Translations under genes and position numbers: made by a program
Shown here: positions 48,951 through 60,200 of the stretch, piece after piece
How positions within the stretch are numbered: position 1 is the first letter of the stretch
Layout of the letters: the number at the start of each line of letters is the position of its first letter
Notes under the pieces: model-generated
The model's input: the letters and a program-made list of their open reading frames with translations, nothing else
Database searches by the model: none
Told to the model about the DNA's origin: nothing
IMG/VR virus record: IMGVR_UViG_3300043419_002586
Source of the DNA: a virus
DNA: 64,000 bases
Direction: 5' to 3' (one strand)

Positions 48951-51916
48951 TATGGTTTGATATTTCCATAGTGTCCACTCAAAAACAATTTGCCTTTATA
49001 ACTTATTGCTGTTAAAGGCCGAATGACACCGTATAAAGTATAATTCCCAGCATTATCAAATATTTTTTTTCTTTCAAAAGTAATATCTTCTAAAAACCAA
49101 CTTTCTGCATTAGAGTTATAATAAAAAATCTTACTTTGTCTATCATTTGGATTTTCAGAAATTTTGTCGCTTATAAACCCATCAGTAGCACAATATAGTG
49201 TTCCATCGTGGTAAGTGAATAACCTAACTCCACCTGTTGAAGGAAGAACAACAGATTGATTAAAATCAATCGTTTTAACATTTGTAGGTTCATAAGTTTC
49301 ACCAATAATAAAAGAAACATCCATATAGCCTACTAAAGAATCTCCTGCATTATTATCAATTTTTCCAAACTGAATGAATGGATGATCATAATCATTGGTA
49401 TTAGCGTTAGCATCTAAATATTTTGAACTATACGTGTCCAAAGAAATGAAGTTTTTCTTCTCTATAAATGGATTTTTTTGTTGACCAAGATAAATCTTTA
49501 TATCTCTATCTTCTACAATCCATCTTATTTTTGAAAGTTTATTATTTATATCAAAAACATCTTCATTTGATTGTATTTGTATCAAATCAATAACAATCTC
49601 ATTAGGTCTATCATTATTTTCTGGAAGATCTGCAAATTCAATTTGTAGTTTGCCAATAGTTCCTTTCCAAATTGGTGAAATTTTATATTGTATGTATTCA
49701 TCCGAGGTGTGCATAGCTGTATCTGCACTTATATTGAAAATTCCACCTTCATAAGCCCAATAAGCTTTTATTTTGCCAAGACATAATGTTTTTGATTTTG
49801 GTTTTGCTTTTACTCTAATTGAAATTACAGAATTAAGATCTACTTCTAAATTTAAGTTATCAATTACAATACTAGGATTTCCAGTTAAAGCAGGTGTGAT
49901 TTTTAAAACATATTTTTCATAAGGATCATTAAAAATATCATAGTTTAATTCTGTGGTTGCTGATAAATTCGAAATAAATTTACCAATAACCCAAGATTGT
50001 TCATCAGAAGAAACAACACCATTATTAATTGAATAAAATTGCCAATCAGCTATTAATCCTGTAGTTATAATATCTTTTTCAATAGAATTCATACCACTTG
50101 ATAATTTCATTTTTGTTGAATTAAATTCTATTGAATATTGTCCATACAGATCTGCTATTTTAAATCCTTGATATCCATCAAGTGAATTCGTTGGTATTTG
50201 CTCTGAACTATTCAATGTAGTTTCATTGCGTAAATCTAAAGATGTTGCAGCTTGACTAGTATTTAAATTTATAACTTTAGTTTCTAAAGTGTAGCTAGGT
50301 TTATAAACTACAAAATTTCCTGATGTTAAATAGTCAGAATAATTTAATAGATATCTATTACCTGTATTGATGTATCCAGTTTCAATGTAAAATCCCAAAA
50401 CTGTACTACCAGATACAATATATTGAGTAATATTTACTAATGATGGGGTGTTGTTTATACCATTGTAAACATACACACCATTATAAATTCCATTAATTCC
50501 AGATACAGTTTGATCTTTTAGCAAAAATAAGTCATTTATTACTAAATCGTGTCCATCAATTGATGTAAAATTATTCCAACTGGAGATAGCTTCCCAGGAT
50601 GCACACTTTACATTAATATAATCTTGACTTGGTAAATTTTCACGGAGAAGCTGTTCCCAATCAGATCCTTCAGAAATTTCATATAATCTTGAACCATAAG
50701 AAGTGGCGCCTGTTGAAGAAACTGTATTTCCCTTGATAACTAAAAATTCATTAAATTGTTGATGATTATTTTCTTTTGGAAATCTTGCGATAGCTACATT
50801 ATCATCATTTCTTGAAAGTGTATTACTATCATATGAGTAATATTGAGCTGGAGCTGGGTCATTCATAAAAATTTCATCAAAAATTATTGAAGTCCAACTT
50901 TCATCAGTTTCTGGATTTGATAACGGTATTTCAGTGTAAGACCATATTTCTGGTTTTTTATCAATGCCAGCAAGAACTTGATTTTTTCCTACTGCTAAAC
51001 ATCTAATACCAAAATCTGAAGCTTCGTAATCAGTAATATTATTTGAAATAATTGTTGAAGTTTCTAAAGATTCAGTCTCTGTTTCCTTGACTATCACTTC
51101 TTCTGTAATAAGATTTGTAGGTTCAGAAAGAGAAATAGTAAGTGTTCTTGAATATCTATGTATTTTTTTGTTTAAGCTTCCTAGGAACAATTTATTGTAA
51201 GCAGAAACCATAGAAAGAATGCCACCAGAATTTGCTGCTAATTGACCAAATGGATAAACCTGTTCCCACTGACTGCCATTATATGCAGAACTTAATTTTG
51301 CTCTAAATAATCTTGGCAATTGATCAGAAGCAACATACAAATAAGGTTCAGTTTCGTGCTCAAATTTGTGTGATATCATTGCAGAAGCTGATAAATCTAC
51401 ATTATTTTCTTGAAGAATAAATACTGGTCCACTAATGTATTCACCATTGTAGAACCAAATTTTTCCAGAAACTCCAGAGAGATAAATACCATCGTCAGAA
51501 GCAACCATAGATGTAATTGCTCTTTCTCCTTGATTAGAAAAATCAATTATCTTTTCAAATGAAACAAGATTAGCTGTATGAATTGATGCGTAATATTTTT
51601 CTAAAACTACATTTATAGTTGAAGCAGAAATTGGTGTATCAAAAATTAAGTAATTTTTGTAATCGTCAACACCATAATTTACAGAAGAATTGACTGTAAG
51701 TTCATCTTGAGAATTTACTTTGTAAATTCTACCTAGGTCTTCTGGATTGGTGCCAACAAGCTTAAATGCAGTACCAGCAGTGTATGAGGGATCCAAACTA
51801 TCTACCAAAGATATATTTGTAAATCTTTTCTTTGTAATGCCAGAAAAATATAATATTTTTTCGCTGTCGTTTGGACCTTTCCAAGAACAACTAGCTGTAA
51901 AAATTGTTGACACCAT
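48950..51916 (-). CDS. Virion structural protein (propeller plus carbohydrate-binding-like module)
   Basis: [17 protein letters not shown] repeat; [24 protein letters not shown] jelly-roll-like segment. Confidence 0.65.
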   Translation of the reverse strand: MVSTIFTASCSWKGPNDSEKILYFSGITKKRFTNISLVDSLDPSYTAGTAFKLVGTNPEDLGRIYKVNSQDELTVNSSVNYGVDDYKNYLIFDTPISASTINVVLEKYYASIHTANLVSFEKIIDFSNQGERAITSMVASDDGIYLSGVSGKIWFYNGEYISGPVFILQENNVDLSASAMISHKFEHETEPYLYVASDQLPRLFRAKLSSAYNGSQWEQVYPFGQLAANSGGILSMVSAYNKLFLGSLNKKIHRYSRTLTISLSEPTNLITEEVIVKETETESLETSTIISNNITDYEASDFGIRCLAVGKNQVLAGIDKKPEIWSYTEIPLSNPETDESWTSIIFDEIFMNDPAPAQYYSYDSNTLSRNDDNVAIARFPKENNHQQFNEFLVIKGNTVSSTGATSYGSRLYEISEGSDWEQLLRENLPSQDYINVKCASWEAISSWNNFTSIDGHDLVINDLFLLKDQTVSGINGIYNGVYVYNGINNTPSLVNITQYIVSGSTVLGFYIETGYINTGNRYLLNYSDYLTSGNFVVYKPSYTLETKVINLNTSQAATSLDLRNETTLNSSEQIPTNSLDGYQGFKIADLYGQYSIEFNSTKMKLSSGMNSIEKDIITTGLIADWQFYSINNGVVSSDEQSWVIGKFISNLSATTELNYDIFNDPYEKYVLKITPALTGNPSIVIDNLNLEVDLNSVISIRVKAKPKSKTLCLGKIKAYWAYEGGIFNISADTAMHTSDEYIQYKISPIWKGTIGKLQIEFADLPENNDRPNEIVIDLIQIQSNEDVFDINNKLSKIRWIVEDRDIKIYLGQQKNPFIEKKNFISLDTYSSKYLDANANTNDYDHPFIQFGKIDNNAGDSLVGYMDVSFIIGETYEPTNVKTIDFNQSVVLPSTGGVRLFTYHDGTLYCATDGFISDKISENPNDRQSKIFYYNSNAESWFLEDITFERKKIFDNAGNYTLYGVIRPLTAISYKGKLFLSGHYGNIKP

Positions 51917-54900
51917 TATACTTTTGGTCTCCTAATTGCATTCCACTTAACTTCAGGTTGAGTAATATTATTTCCAAAGTCTCTAAACTTAATTTCAACT
52001 TTCTTAACTCCATCACTTTCGCCCGTAAAATCAACCTTTACATATGGTGAATAAGGAATCCACTCTGACCAAGAACCATTTCCAGTATCTAATAGTCTTC
52101 TTATTTGAAAATCCTTAATTCCAGACACCAAATCAAATCCATCAATTTTCATCCAAGATTGAGGTAAATTAGATATTAAGGTTTCTTGATTTGTTTTAGG
52201 ATCAAAGAAACTTACTGTTCCAAACGGCTCTTGTGTATCTACTAAAGCTTGAGAAGTAGCAACAAAACTCACAGGATTTGATTCAGATACATTTCCCATA
52301 AAGTCCATCAATTGAACCCATATCTTTCTTTGACCAGAATATCCAATGTTTTGATTTTGGAATGCTGTGTTTTGAGGACCCAAAGCATAATAGTTTAAGT
52401 GTCCATAAAGATACAAATAATATTTATTTTCTTCATTTACAATAAACTTATTCCACGGCAACCAAGGACTGTAATTTATAAAAGAATTATCAATCTCTTT
52501 GCCTACTCTAAATGCAAGAATTCCAGATTCATTATCTTCAGCTTGGATAGATAGTTGAACCATTCTTAAGGTAGATTCATTTGCAACTAAAATATTTGGC
52601 ACATCACCAAGATAAGTTGGCGGGTTAATATCTACTCTTGAAGGAACACTTAAAGTAGTTGGGTAACTTGAAATATTTCCGTGTGATAAAGTTCTTACTC
52701 TGTATTGAATAGAATTATTTTGTGTAGAATTTACAGCTTTTTCTTCATATCTAGTATGCAGTTTATGCCACAGATTATTGGCTCTTCTATATCCAGAAAA
52801 TTCACCATTTTGGATGTAATCAACATTGGAAAGTTCAATACCATTAGCTCTTCCAAGCGCTGAGTTAAATGGAACTGTTATTGCCACCCAAATTACATCT
52901 GATTGAGATACATTGTTAGTCCAATCTGAATCATCAAATTTTACTTGAACTAAATTGTTATTAGGGCTATTAGTAAAACCAGCTACAAATGGGTTGTATG
53001 AAACAGATTTCCACGAAGTTAATGGATTATTATAATTTGGTAAAGAGCCTAAGTTTCCAAAAAATCTTATTTTTAATTCTTGCATTGGGAAAGATTTATC
53101 ATTCCCATTCCAATGTAATTTAAACTCAAATAATTTTGGTTTTGTTGAGGAAATAAAACTTGAGATTTCACCTAATGTAATTGCCTTGAAAAAAGTAGTA
53201 CTGATAAATCTATCAACTAAATTTCCATTAAATGTTACTTCTGATTTGTACCAGTTTGTATTAGCATTTATAGTTCCACCAGTTACTCTTAAGGGTAAAT
53301 TGTAATCTGTAGTTGTTATGGCAAATCCAGATACTGATTTTACATAAACACCATTTTCAGTATTTTCTATTTGATCCTTAACTAAAATTTTACTTCCAAT
53401 TACCAAAGATGAAAGTGAAGTACCATCAATTGTTAATGAAGTAATATTAGCAATTGAAATATTTGTGCCTGTAGTTGCTAACGAAATTTGTTCTACTTCA
53501 GGCTGAACTGCAGAAAAAGTTAAATTTGAAGTTCCAAGCACTATAGGATCTGGTGTTGTTAGGTACCACTTTGTACTTGCATAAGCATAATCTATTGGAG
53601 TTCTAACCAACATACCTGAAAATACTTCTTCACTCGAGTTCATTTCTGGAACTCTTTCTAATCTCCAGGTCGTTGAAGCAGTTCCAACTCTAGTTTGATA
53701 ATAAACGCCATTTTGTGAAGTTGTTGCTTGACCTGCTACTAAAATATAATCTGAAGTAGACAACACATTATTTCCATTGAGCACCAATGTACCAGCAGTT
53801 CCAGCTGTCAATCTATTTGATGAATATGTTGGAGAGTTTGGTAAAGCAGTAAAACTATATTGTTGGACTTCAAGAGTCAATTTTGGAAGTGTATTAGCTG
53901 TTTCGTATTGATAATCAATTAAATCAGTTAGTCCACTTAATAATTTTTGTCCAAGATAATGTTTTGCGTTTGTAAATCCTTCGTCAGAAAGAAGTGTAGT
54001 TTTGATTGTACTATCATTATCAAATTGTTCTTTGTAAACATTTGGAACACCAGACCATTTCAAATCTTGAAAATATGTTGAACCATCATTGTTGTAAGAA
54101 CTTTTTCTTACTCCAAAGCCTACAAAGTACCCTAATCCTGAAGTGTTAGAATTTACAGGTAAAAGCATATCAGTAACACCGATCAGATTGATTCCGCTGC
54201 TAGTAATTTCTTTAACCAGTAAATATGTTCCAGTAGATGTTCTGTTTTTATACCTGCCAGTATATGAGTTTGGCAATTGATCTGTCAATTCAAATAAAAA
54301 TTTTGTGATTTCCGTTTTTGGTTGATATGATCTTAAGACTTGTCTTCTTAATTTATTATCTTCAGTTCTATAAGATACTGATATTTCATTTTTCTCTCCA
54401 CTAAACTTAACTAAAATAGTTGGGGCATTAAGTGGAGCGTCAGTGTATGCAAAGCCATCATCACATCTTACTCCAAAAGGTCTGTCCCAATTCACAGTAA
54501 GATTGTTTTTAGTATGAGACCTGAATGATGATACTGAACTAAAAGCAACATAAACATCATCAGAACCGTGCTTGAAAGCTAATTCAAATCTACATTTATT
54601 ACTCAATGATGGTTTATATAATTGTAGTTCGTAATGTAAAGGAACAGTATAGGCATTTAAATTATCAAGTTTATCTACCTCATACAATAAAGATGTAATA
54701 TTTGTATTGAAAGATAAATCATTAGGTGCGTCTGTAAGAACAATAAAATCTTCATTAACTGAATCACTCCATCCGTATTCAATTTCTGTCACAGGAGCAT
54801 TCATAATTGACAAATCATCGTTCGTACAATCACCGATATCTATGGATAATTTAGATTTACCTTGAGCTAAAAATAATTCTTCTACTACTAATCCACCAGA

Positions 54901-56271
54901 AAAAGAAGTGCCTGTAGCTTGTGAAATTTGATATCCAAATGCACTTCCTACTGACGAAGTGCCAAAAGATGATAGGATAGAATTACCAAGCAAATAACTC
55001 TTTTTTGATGCAATAGATTGATCTAAATAAGGTGTGTAGTAAGCTTCTACCATACATAAATTTGTAGTACCCATAGATGAGTAATACATTTCCATTACAC
55101 CACCTGATTTTAACAAAGGTAAAACGCTATGCGGTAGTGTTGTAGTTTGCTTTATGACACTGTCTGTTCCATTTATTCTTGTGTATAGATATGCTATAGG
55201 ATTATCATTATTTGGAATATCTACTCTACATACAATCTCATTACCATTGGCACTTGTATCAGGAGCAGCATAAAGTTTCATAAAAGCTTGGGAAGTAACA
55301 GCTACTCCAGAAGTTGTAAATGAAAATCCAGCTTGAGTATAGAAATCAGATTTGTTTGTTGATGGCACTAATTTTGACTTACTATAGAAAAATGCGCCTT
55401 TTCCATAACTCGCACTTGTAAGACCAATATTTGCACCTAAAGAAATTGAAGATGAAGAATAATTTCCATCAAAAAATCTGTAAGTGTTTAACGTTGTTGA
55501 TGCTATAGATGCTGAAGGAATAAGAGTTCTTTTGATATTATTGTGAGCAGAGTAAGCATCATATGTACCACCAGTATTAGAAATTTCGTATATACTTGCT
55601 ACATATCTACCAACGCCTGATGATTCTGTTTGTGCGGAAACTTGATTTCCACTTACAAATGAGAGTAATGTATTTTTACCAACATATCCAGATTTTGCGC
55701 TCGGTATCTCTGGGAAATCTGGATTTACAGGTATTTGACCCTCCCATCTAATTTGATCAAAAATACCATAGCCCATTGGATACTCAATATCTGTTCCATT
55801 AGGACCCTCAAGAATAGCTTTCATATAAACAGTTGAAAGTCCACCTGAAGCACTTAATGGCCAATTGTAAACCTTAAATAATCCTGTTCCTCCAGATGTT
55901 GGAGCCGCCATAGTTCCTTGAGATAAAGTAGGATCAAAGAAATATAAAGGATTCAGAGTATATTCGTAATCGAAATCTGGGTCAAAAACATATGAACTTG
56001 AAGGCCAGTTTGTAATTGCTATTGTGGAAGTTGAATCAAATTCTGGATCATTAGAAAGATAAAGAGTCTTAATTCTTCTTAAATAAGTAATTTCACGAGT
56101 GCCACTATCTCTTACTTCAAAACTAAATGTAAGAGTATTTTGGTTACTATCAAGAGTTGGATCTTTCGAATATGAATTACTAGAATAAGGTTGCCCCAGA
56201 TTTATGAATTCACTTTGAAGGTATCCACTTGTAAGATTGTTGGGTAATATTATTGAAACGTTATATGGCAC
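51916..56271 (-). CDS. Virion structural protein with two VLVKDQ-type repeats and C-terminal Ig-like modules
   Basis: DYILVAGQATTSQNGVY, SKILVKDQIENTENGVY; DFMGN and DFGNN motifs; GTG start. Confidence 0.7.
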   Translation of the reverse strand: MPYNVSIILPNNLTSGYLQSEFINLGQPYSSNSYSKDPTLDSNQNTLTFSFEVRDSGTREITYLRRIKTLYLSNDPEFDSTSTIAITNWPSSSYVFDPDFDYEYTLNPLYFFDPTLSQGTMAAPTSGGTGLFKVYNWPLSASGGLSTVYMKAILEGPNGTDIEYPMGYGIFDQIRWEGQIPVNPDFPEIPSAKSGYVGKNTLLSFVSGNQVSAQTESSGVGRYVASIYEISNTGGTYDAYSAHNNIKRTLIPSASIASTTLNTYRFFDGNYSSSSISLGANIGLTSASYGKGAFFYSKSKLVPSTNKSDFYTQAGFSFTTSGVAVTSQAFMKLYAAPDTSANGNEIVCRVDIPNNDNPIAYLYTRINGTDSVIKQTTTLPHSVLPLLKSGGVMEMYYSSMGTTNLCMVEAYYTPYLDQSIASKKSYLLGNSILSSFGTSSVGSAFGYQISQATGTSFSGGLVVEELFLAQGKSKLSIDIGDCTNDDLSIMNAPVTEIEYGWSDSVNEDFIVLTDAPNDLSFNTNITSLLYEVDKLDNLNAYTVPLHYELQLYKPSLSNKCRFELAFKHGSDDVYVAFSSVSSFRSHTKNNLTVNWDRPFGVRCDDGFAYTDAPLNAPTILVKFSGEKNEISVSYRTEDNKLRRQVLRSYQPKTEITKFLFELTDQLPNSYTGRYKNRTSTGTYLLVKEITSSGINLIGVTDMLLPVNSNTSGLGYFVGFGVRKSSYNNDGSTYFQDLKWSGVPNVYKEQFDNDSTIKTTLLSDEGFTNAKHYLGQKLLSGLTDLIDYQYETANTLPKLTLEVQQYSFTALPNSPTYSSNRLTAGTAGTLVLNGNNVLSTSDYILVAGQATTSQNGVYYQTRVGTASTTWRLERVPEMNSSEEVFSGMLVRTPIDYAYASTKWYLTTPDPIVLGTSNLTFSAVQPEVEQISLATTGTNISIANITSLTIDGTSLSSLVIGSKILVKDQIENTENGVYVKSVSGFAITTTDYNLPLRVTGGTINANTNWYKSEVTFNGNLVDRFISTTFFKAITLGEISSFISSTKPKLFEFKLHWNGNDKSFPMQELKIRFFGNLGSLPNYNNPLTSWKSVSYNPFVAGFTNSPNNNLVQVKFDDSDWTNNVSQSDVIWVAITVPFNSALGRANGIELSNVDYIQNGEFSGYRRANNLWHKLHTRYEEKAVNSTQNNSIQYRVRTLSHGNISSYPTTLSVPSRVDINPPTYLGDVPNILVANESTLRMVQLSIQAEDNESGILAFRVGKEIDNSFINYSPWLPWNKFIVNEENKYYLYLYGHLNYYALGPQNTAFQNQNIGYSGQRKIWVQLMDFMGNVSESNPVSFVATSQALVDTQEPFGTVSFFDPKTNQETLISNLPQSWMKIDGFDLVSGIKDFQIRRLLDTGNGSWSEWIPYSPYVKVDFTGESDGVKKVEIKFRDFGNNITQPEVKWNAIRRPKV

Positions 56272-56304
56272 TTGTAACCACCGCTAAACAGGGAATATTA
56301 AAAT

Positions 56305-56330
56305 ATTCTTTGCCAGCCGATGTAGCCCCT
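56305..56330 (-). promoter_or_regulatory. Putative late promoter AGG-N19-GAAT
   Basis: AGG GGCTACATCGGCTGGCAAA GAAT ATTTT upstream of the giant structural operon. Confidence 0.55.
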
Positions 56331-57294
56331 ATGAAAGTTGAAAATCAAACTGGAAAGGTATTGATTTTTGTACAGTTAATGGGCAATGAACATCAAAATA
56401 CATAAATCCATCTACATAATCTATATTGTTATATCTGCCTTGTTTATAAAATGTAAATGAAGCAGAATACATTGAAATATCATTAGTTGTATCAGACGAA
56501 ACGAAATACATTCCAACATACACTGGTGCTTTAACAGTGTCCAAACCATTCGGAAGATAAACCTTAAGTTGTAAGTTTGGTGAAAGTTCTCCAGCAACTA
56601 AAGTATTTTCAATAATAGTGTTGCAAATTATCTTAAAATAAATCGTTTTGGAAATTGGACCATTTCCATTATTGTAATATTCAATGTCATCAGTTGAGGA
56701 ATTTGCATCGATCAATGCTGGAACAGTTGAAATAACTGGATTTCCTTGCCTTACTGGTCTTGGAATAGATAATGAAGAATCATCATAACTTCCGATTGAA
56801 AATTCAGGCATTTTGCAAGTTTCATCTATTACAAATGGATTAGTTGCATTGAAGGCTTTGAAATTTTGAGTACTGAAATTTTTTGTAAAAAAATTAATTT
56901 CAGAAATTTTTAAACTATTATCAGGTTTGTCTAAAACAATCAATAAAGTGTCATTAGATTCAAAGCTATATTTTGTATTATTAAAATCGATAACATAATC
57001 TTTATCGCCTCTTGAAAAAATTATATAATTCGAATCAATTTCTACAATAGAATCAAACTTGAATTTGATAGAAACAAATTGAACGTAGGAAATTATTTTT
57101 TCAAAATTTATTTCAAAATAGTCTTGTGATACACTTAAGTTTGCAACAGTTTGTTTTTTCAACTGCAATCTTATATTGCTGTCATTTTTATTTATGAGAA
57201 AATTTCTATCGTAAGACGTAAATTCAAATGATAAAATATTTTCATCATCAATAACATTTACTATTGGTTTATCGTTTTCTATTTGAAGATTCAT
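56329..57294 (-). CDS. Hypothetical (structural-region) protein
   Basis: 321-aa ORF within the structural operon. Confidence 0.65.
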   Translation of the reverse strand: MNLQIENDKPIVNVIDDENILSFEFTSYDRNFLINKNDSNIRLQLKKQTVANLSVSQDYFEINFEKIISYVQFVSIKFKFDSIVEIDSNYIIFSRGDKDYVIDFNNTKYSFESNDTLLIVLDKPDNSLKISEINFFTKNFSTQNFKAFNATNPFVIDETCKMPEFSIGSYDDSSLSIPRPVRQGNPVISTVPALIDANSSTDDIEYYNNGNGPISKTIYFKIICNTIIENTLVAGELSPNLQLKVYLPNGLDTVKAPVYVGMYFVSSDTTNDISMYSASFTFYKQGRYNNIDYVDGFMYFDVHCPLTVQKSIPFQFDFQLS

Positions 57295-57298
57295 AAAT

Positions 57299-60200
57299 TT
57301 ACTCGGAAACTAAAATATTGTCATTTGAGATAATACGCATCCCTTTAGGGTGAAAGAGTTCGTTATTATCTCCCCAGGTTGATAATATTGCTCCAGAATT
57401 ATTAACTAAATGTAATCTTGAATTTGCACCAAAATTAATTACATCATCAGTTAATACATAAAAGTTAGAATTATCTGTTGCTGGTCCTGGAAGAGCTTTA
57501 ACTACATCATTATTAAATGTCAATTTTGTTTCGATATATCCATTAGAGACATTGTAAACTTGTAATTTACCAGTGTCATTTGAATCAAAAGCTGGACTAC
57601 CTAAAAGTACATTGCCATTTTCTAGCAAATAAGCAGAACCTAATTTATTGTCGTAGTATTTAACTATGTCTGAAGTAATCGCCCATTTTAAATCTAAAGT
57701 TAAATTATTAGAATAGCAAAGCACAGAATTTGAATGAGGTTGTGAAATTACAATCAAAGATCTTACTTCGTCATATTGAACTGACAATGGGTTGTAAATA
57801 TTTGCGAAATATATAGGTCCTTGCAATAAATCTAAAATTACATCATCAGTTTGGGAATTTGGTCCATACATAGTTGTTGTTGAAACTACTCCATCACCAT
57901 TATAATCAGTGATAGAATTTACAACAGATTGAGTTGTAGGAAGTCCTGTTGTCACAGAAGATGTACCTGTTATAGAAGTGCTTATGCCAGCCACAAATTG
58001 TTGAGTTCTATTAATTGAAGATACATTGGATGATGGTATTGTTGCTGAAAGGGCGTTATTTGTATTTAAGGAAAATCCAGAGTTAGTAAAACAACCTTTG
58101 TCTAATCTTACTTTTTTAGTAAGAGAATTTTTTATTGCTGTATTTAATGCTAACCCTTCAACTGTGTCTTTGATGGTAAAAACATATGTTGCAGAAGAAT
58201 CAAAAATTGGATCTAAATAGTCTCCAGATAATCTTGTATCATCGCCCCTTACTGATATGTTGTCGTATGTAACATAAATTTTAGATAAATCTACAAAAGA
58301 TATATTTTGTGAAAAAGCAATAAATATTTTTCTTGTGTCAGGATTAAAAGAAGCAGATAAAGCGACAAAATCTCTAGAAGTTAATTTAAGTCTTATATTT
58401 CCTTGGATAATTTTTGTAAACACTCCATCTATATCTGTCATAATAATTCTATCATTTTTACTATCACAAATGATATTTCCACCAGTTGATAAAGCTTGAT
58501 AGTCAGTAGGAGTATCTAATCCGTAGTTTGTTGATTTTAAAAATATTTGATTAGGAGTGAGATAATTTCTCAAAGTTCCATTATCTATACCGTCTTCGAT
58601 TGTATTTTCTAAAACATTATTTGCTGCGGATATTAAGTTGTTGTTTCTTAAGTAAACCCAATTGCCAACATTTGAAGTATCATAAATCTTAAGATAGTTT
58701 GTATCATCTGGATTTGTAATTCCATATCCAGCATTTTTATTGTAATAAACATCACTAACCCAGCCAAATTTTTGATTTGAGGTGTTAGTGAAATTTCTAT
58801 CATAAGTTCTTGTTGTTGCGCTTCCTACAGTAGAATAATTGATTCTTAAATTATTTACGACAGGTGCAGAACTTTGAAATTCGTTTGCATAAAGAGAAAA
58901 CAAAACATCAAAATATCTACCAGTGCTTGAACTTGTATTTGGAGAAGCAATAATTATATCAGTTTCAGAAAGAGTTTTAAAATTATAAAACAAATCTGAA
59001 CTTACATCAGATCTACTTTGAATAGTGTATTTTGTTCCAGAAGGTACATCAATATCATACTGTATTTGATTAAACTGTGTGTTTAAATCTCCAGAATCAA
59101 ATCTTAATAAGAAATTAGCATTTTTGTATTTATATGCATCATTCCAGACAAATACAGCAGAAGTTTGATCGATAGAATTACGTCTAGCAAGAACTAAATT
59201 GTCGTTATTTCCTGAAGAATTTATTTGAGAGTCTGTGGGAGTGATAAGTTCAAACTTTGTCTGCTTTTCAGCATTCCAGCCTTGATCTGTAGAGAAGTAG
59301 AAACCAAAACCTAATACAGAAGATTTTAAACTAACATCACCAAAATCTGATAAGTTTACAGAAGAATAAGTTGCAGAAGAACCAATAAATCCATAAGTTG
59401 TGTCGTCAAATATTTTTACATTAGTGGCTGGTGAGATATAAATTGTAGAAGATCCAGTACCAGTGTTTGGAGCAAAATCAATTTTTTGATCATATTGTAA
59501 ACCTGGATCTGTATTTCCATTTCCTACAACCAAAAACATATAGATTTTTCCTAAAGCTGCACCTGTTTCTCCAAGTCCAGCAGAGAATCCAAATCCAACC
59601 TTTGAATCAAAATCTAAAGAAATTGGCTGATTGAAAAGTGTATAGGCATATAAACTAGTATCAACTTTAACTTTATTAGAAGCATATGTTGTAGTAAATA
59701 CCAAACCTGTGTCCCAAGAACCAGTTGTGTCAAAAATACTTGATACTGGTTGTGATAAAGTTAAGTAATTTAAAGGGGTGTCTATTGTAAAACTTCCCGT
59801 TGTAGCTGATCCTGAAATACTTATATTGCTAAAAAAATTATTGATAGTAGACCCTAAAGAAGATGCTACAGTTTTGGCTTGTAAGAAATCATTTTGAACT
59901 ACAAAAGATTTATCTCCAACAAAACTGCTTGATGTAACAGACCCACTTATTCCTGAGCCTGATGTATTTGGAGAAGAGTCATAGATTGTTGCTAAAGTGT
60001 ATTGACTTGGTACTGATGATGTTTCTTTAAAATTAGCAGAATTTCCAGTTGAAGAGTTTGCAGAAGTGTTGGGATAAATACCTGGAACATAAGTCAAGGT
60101 ATTTATCTGAGTTGAGTCAATAAAAGTAAATCCAACACCACCAGATTTTTTCAACGCAATTAACATTTGTAATCTGTTTGCTATTGATAAGTCTGACATT

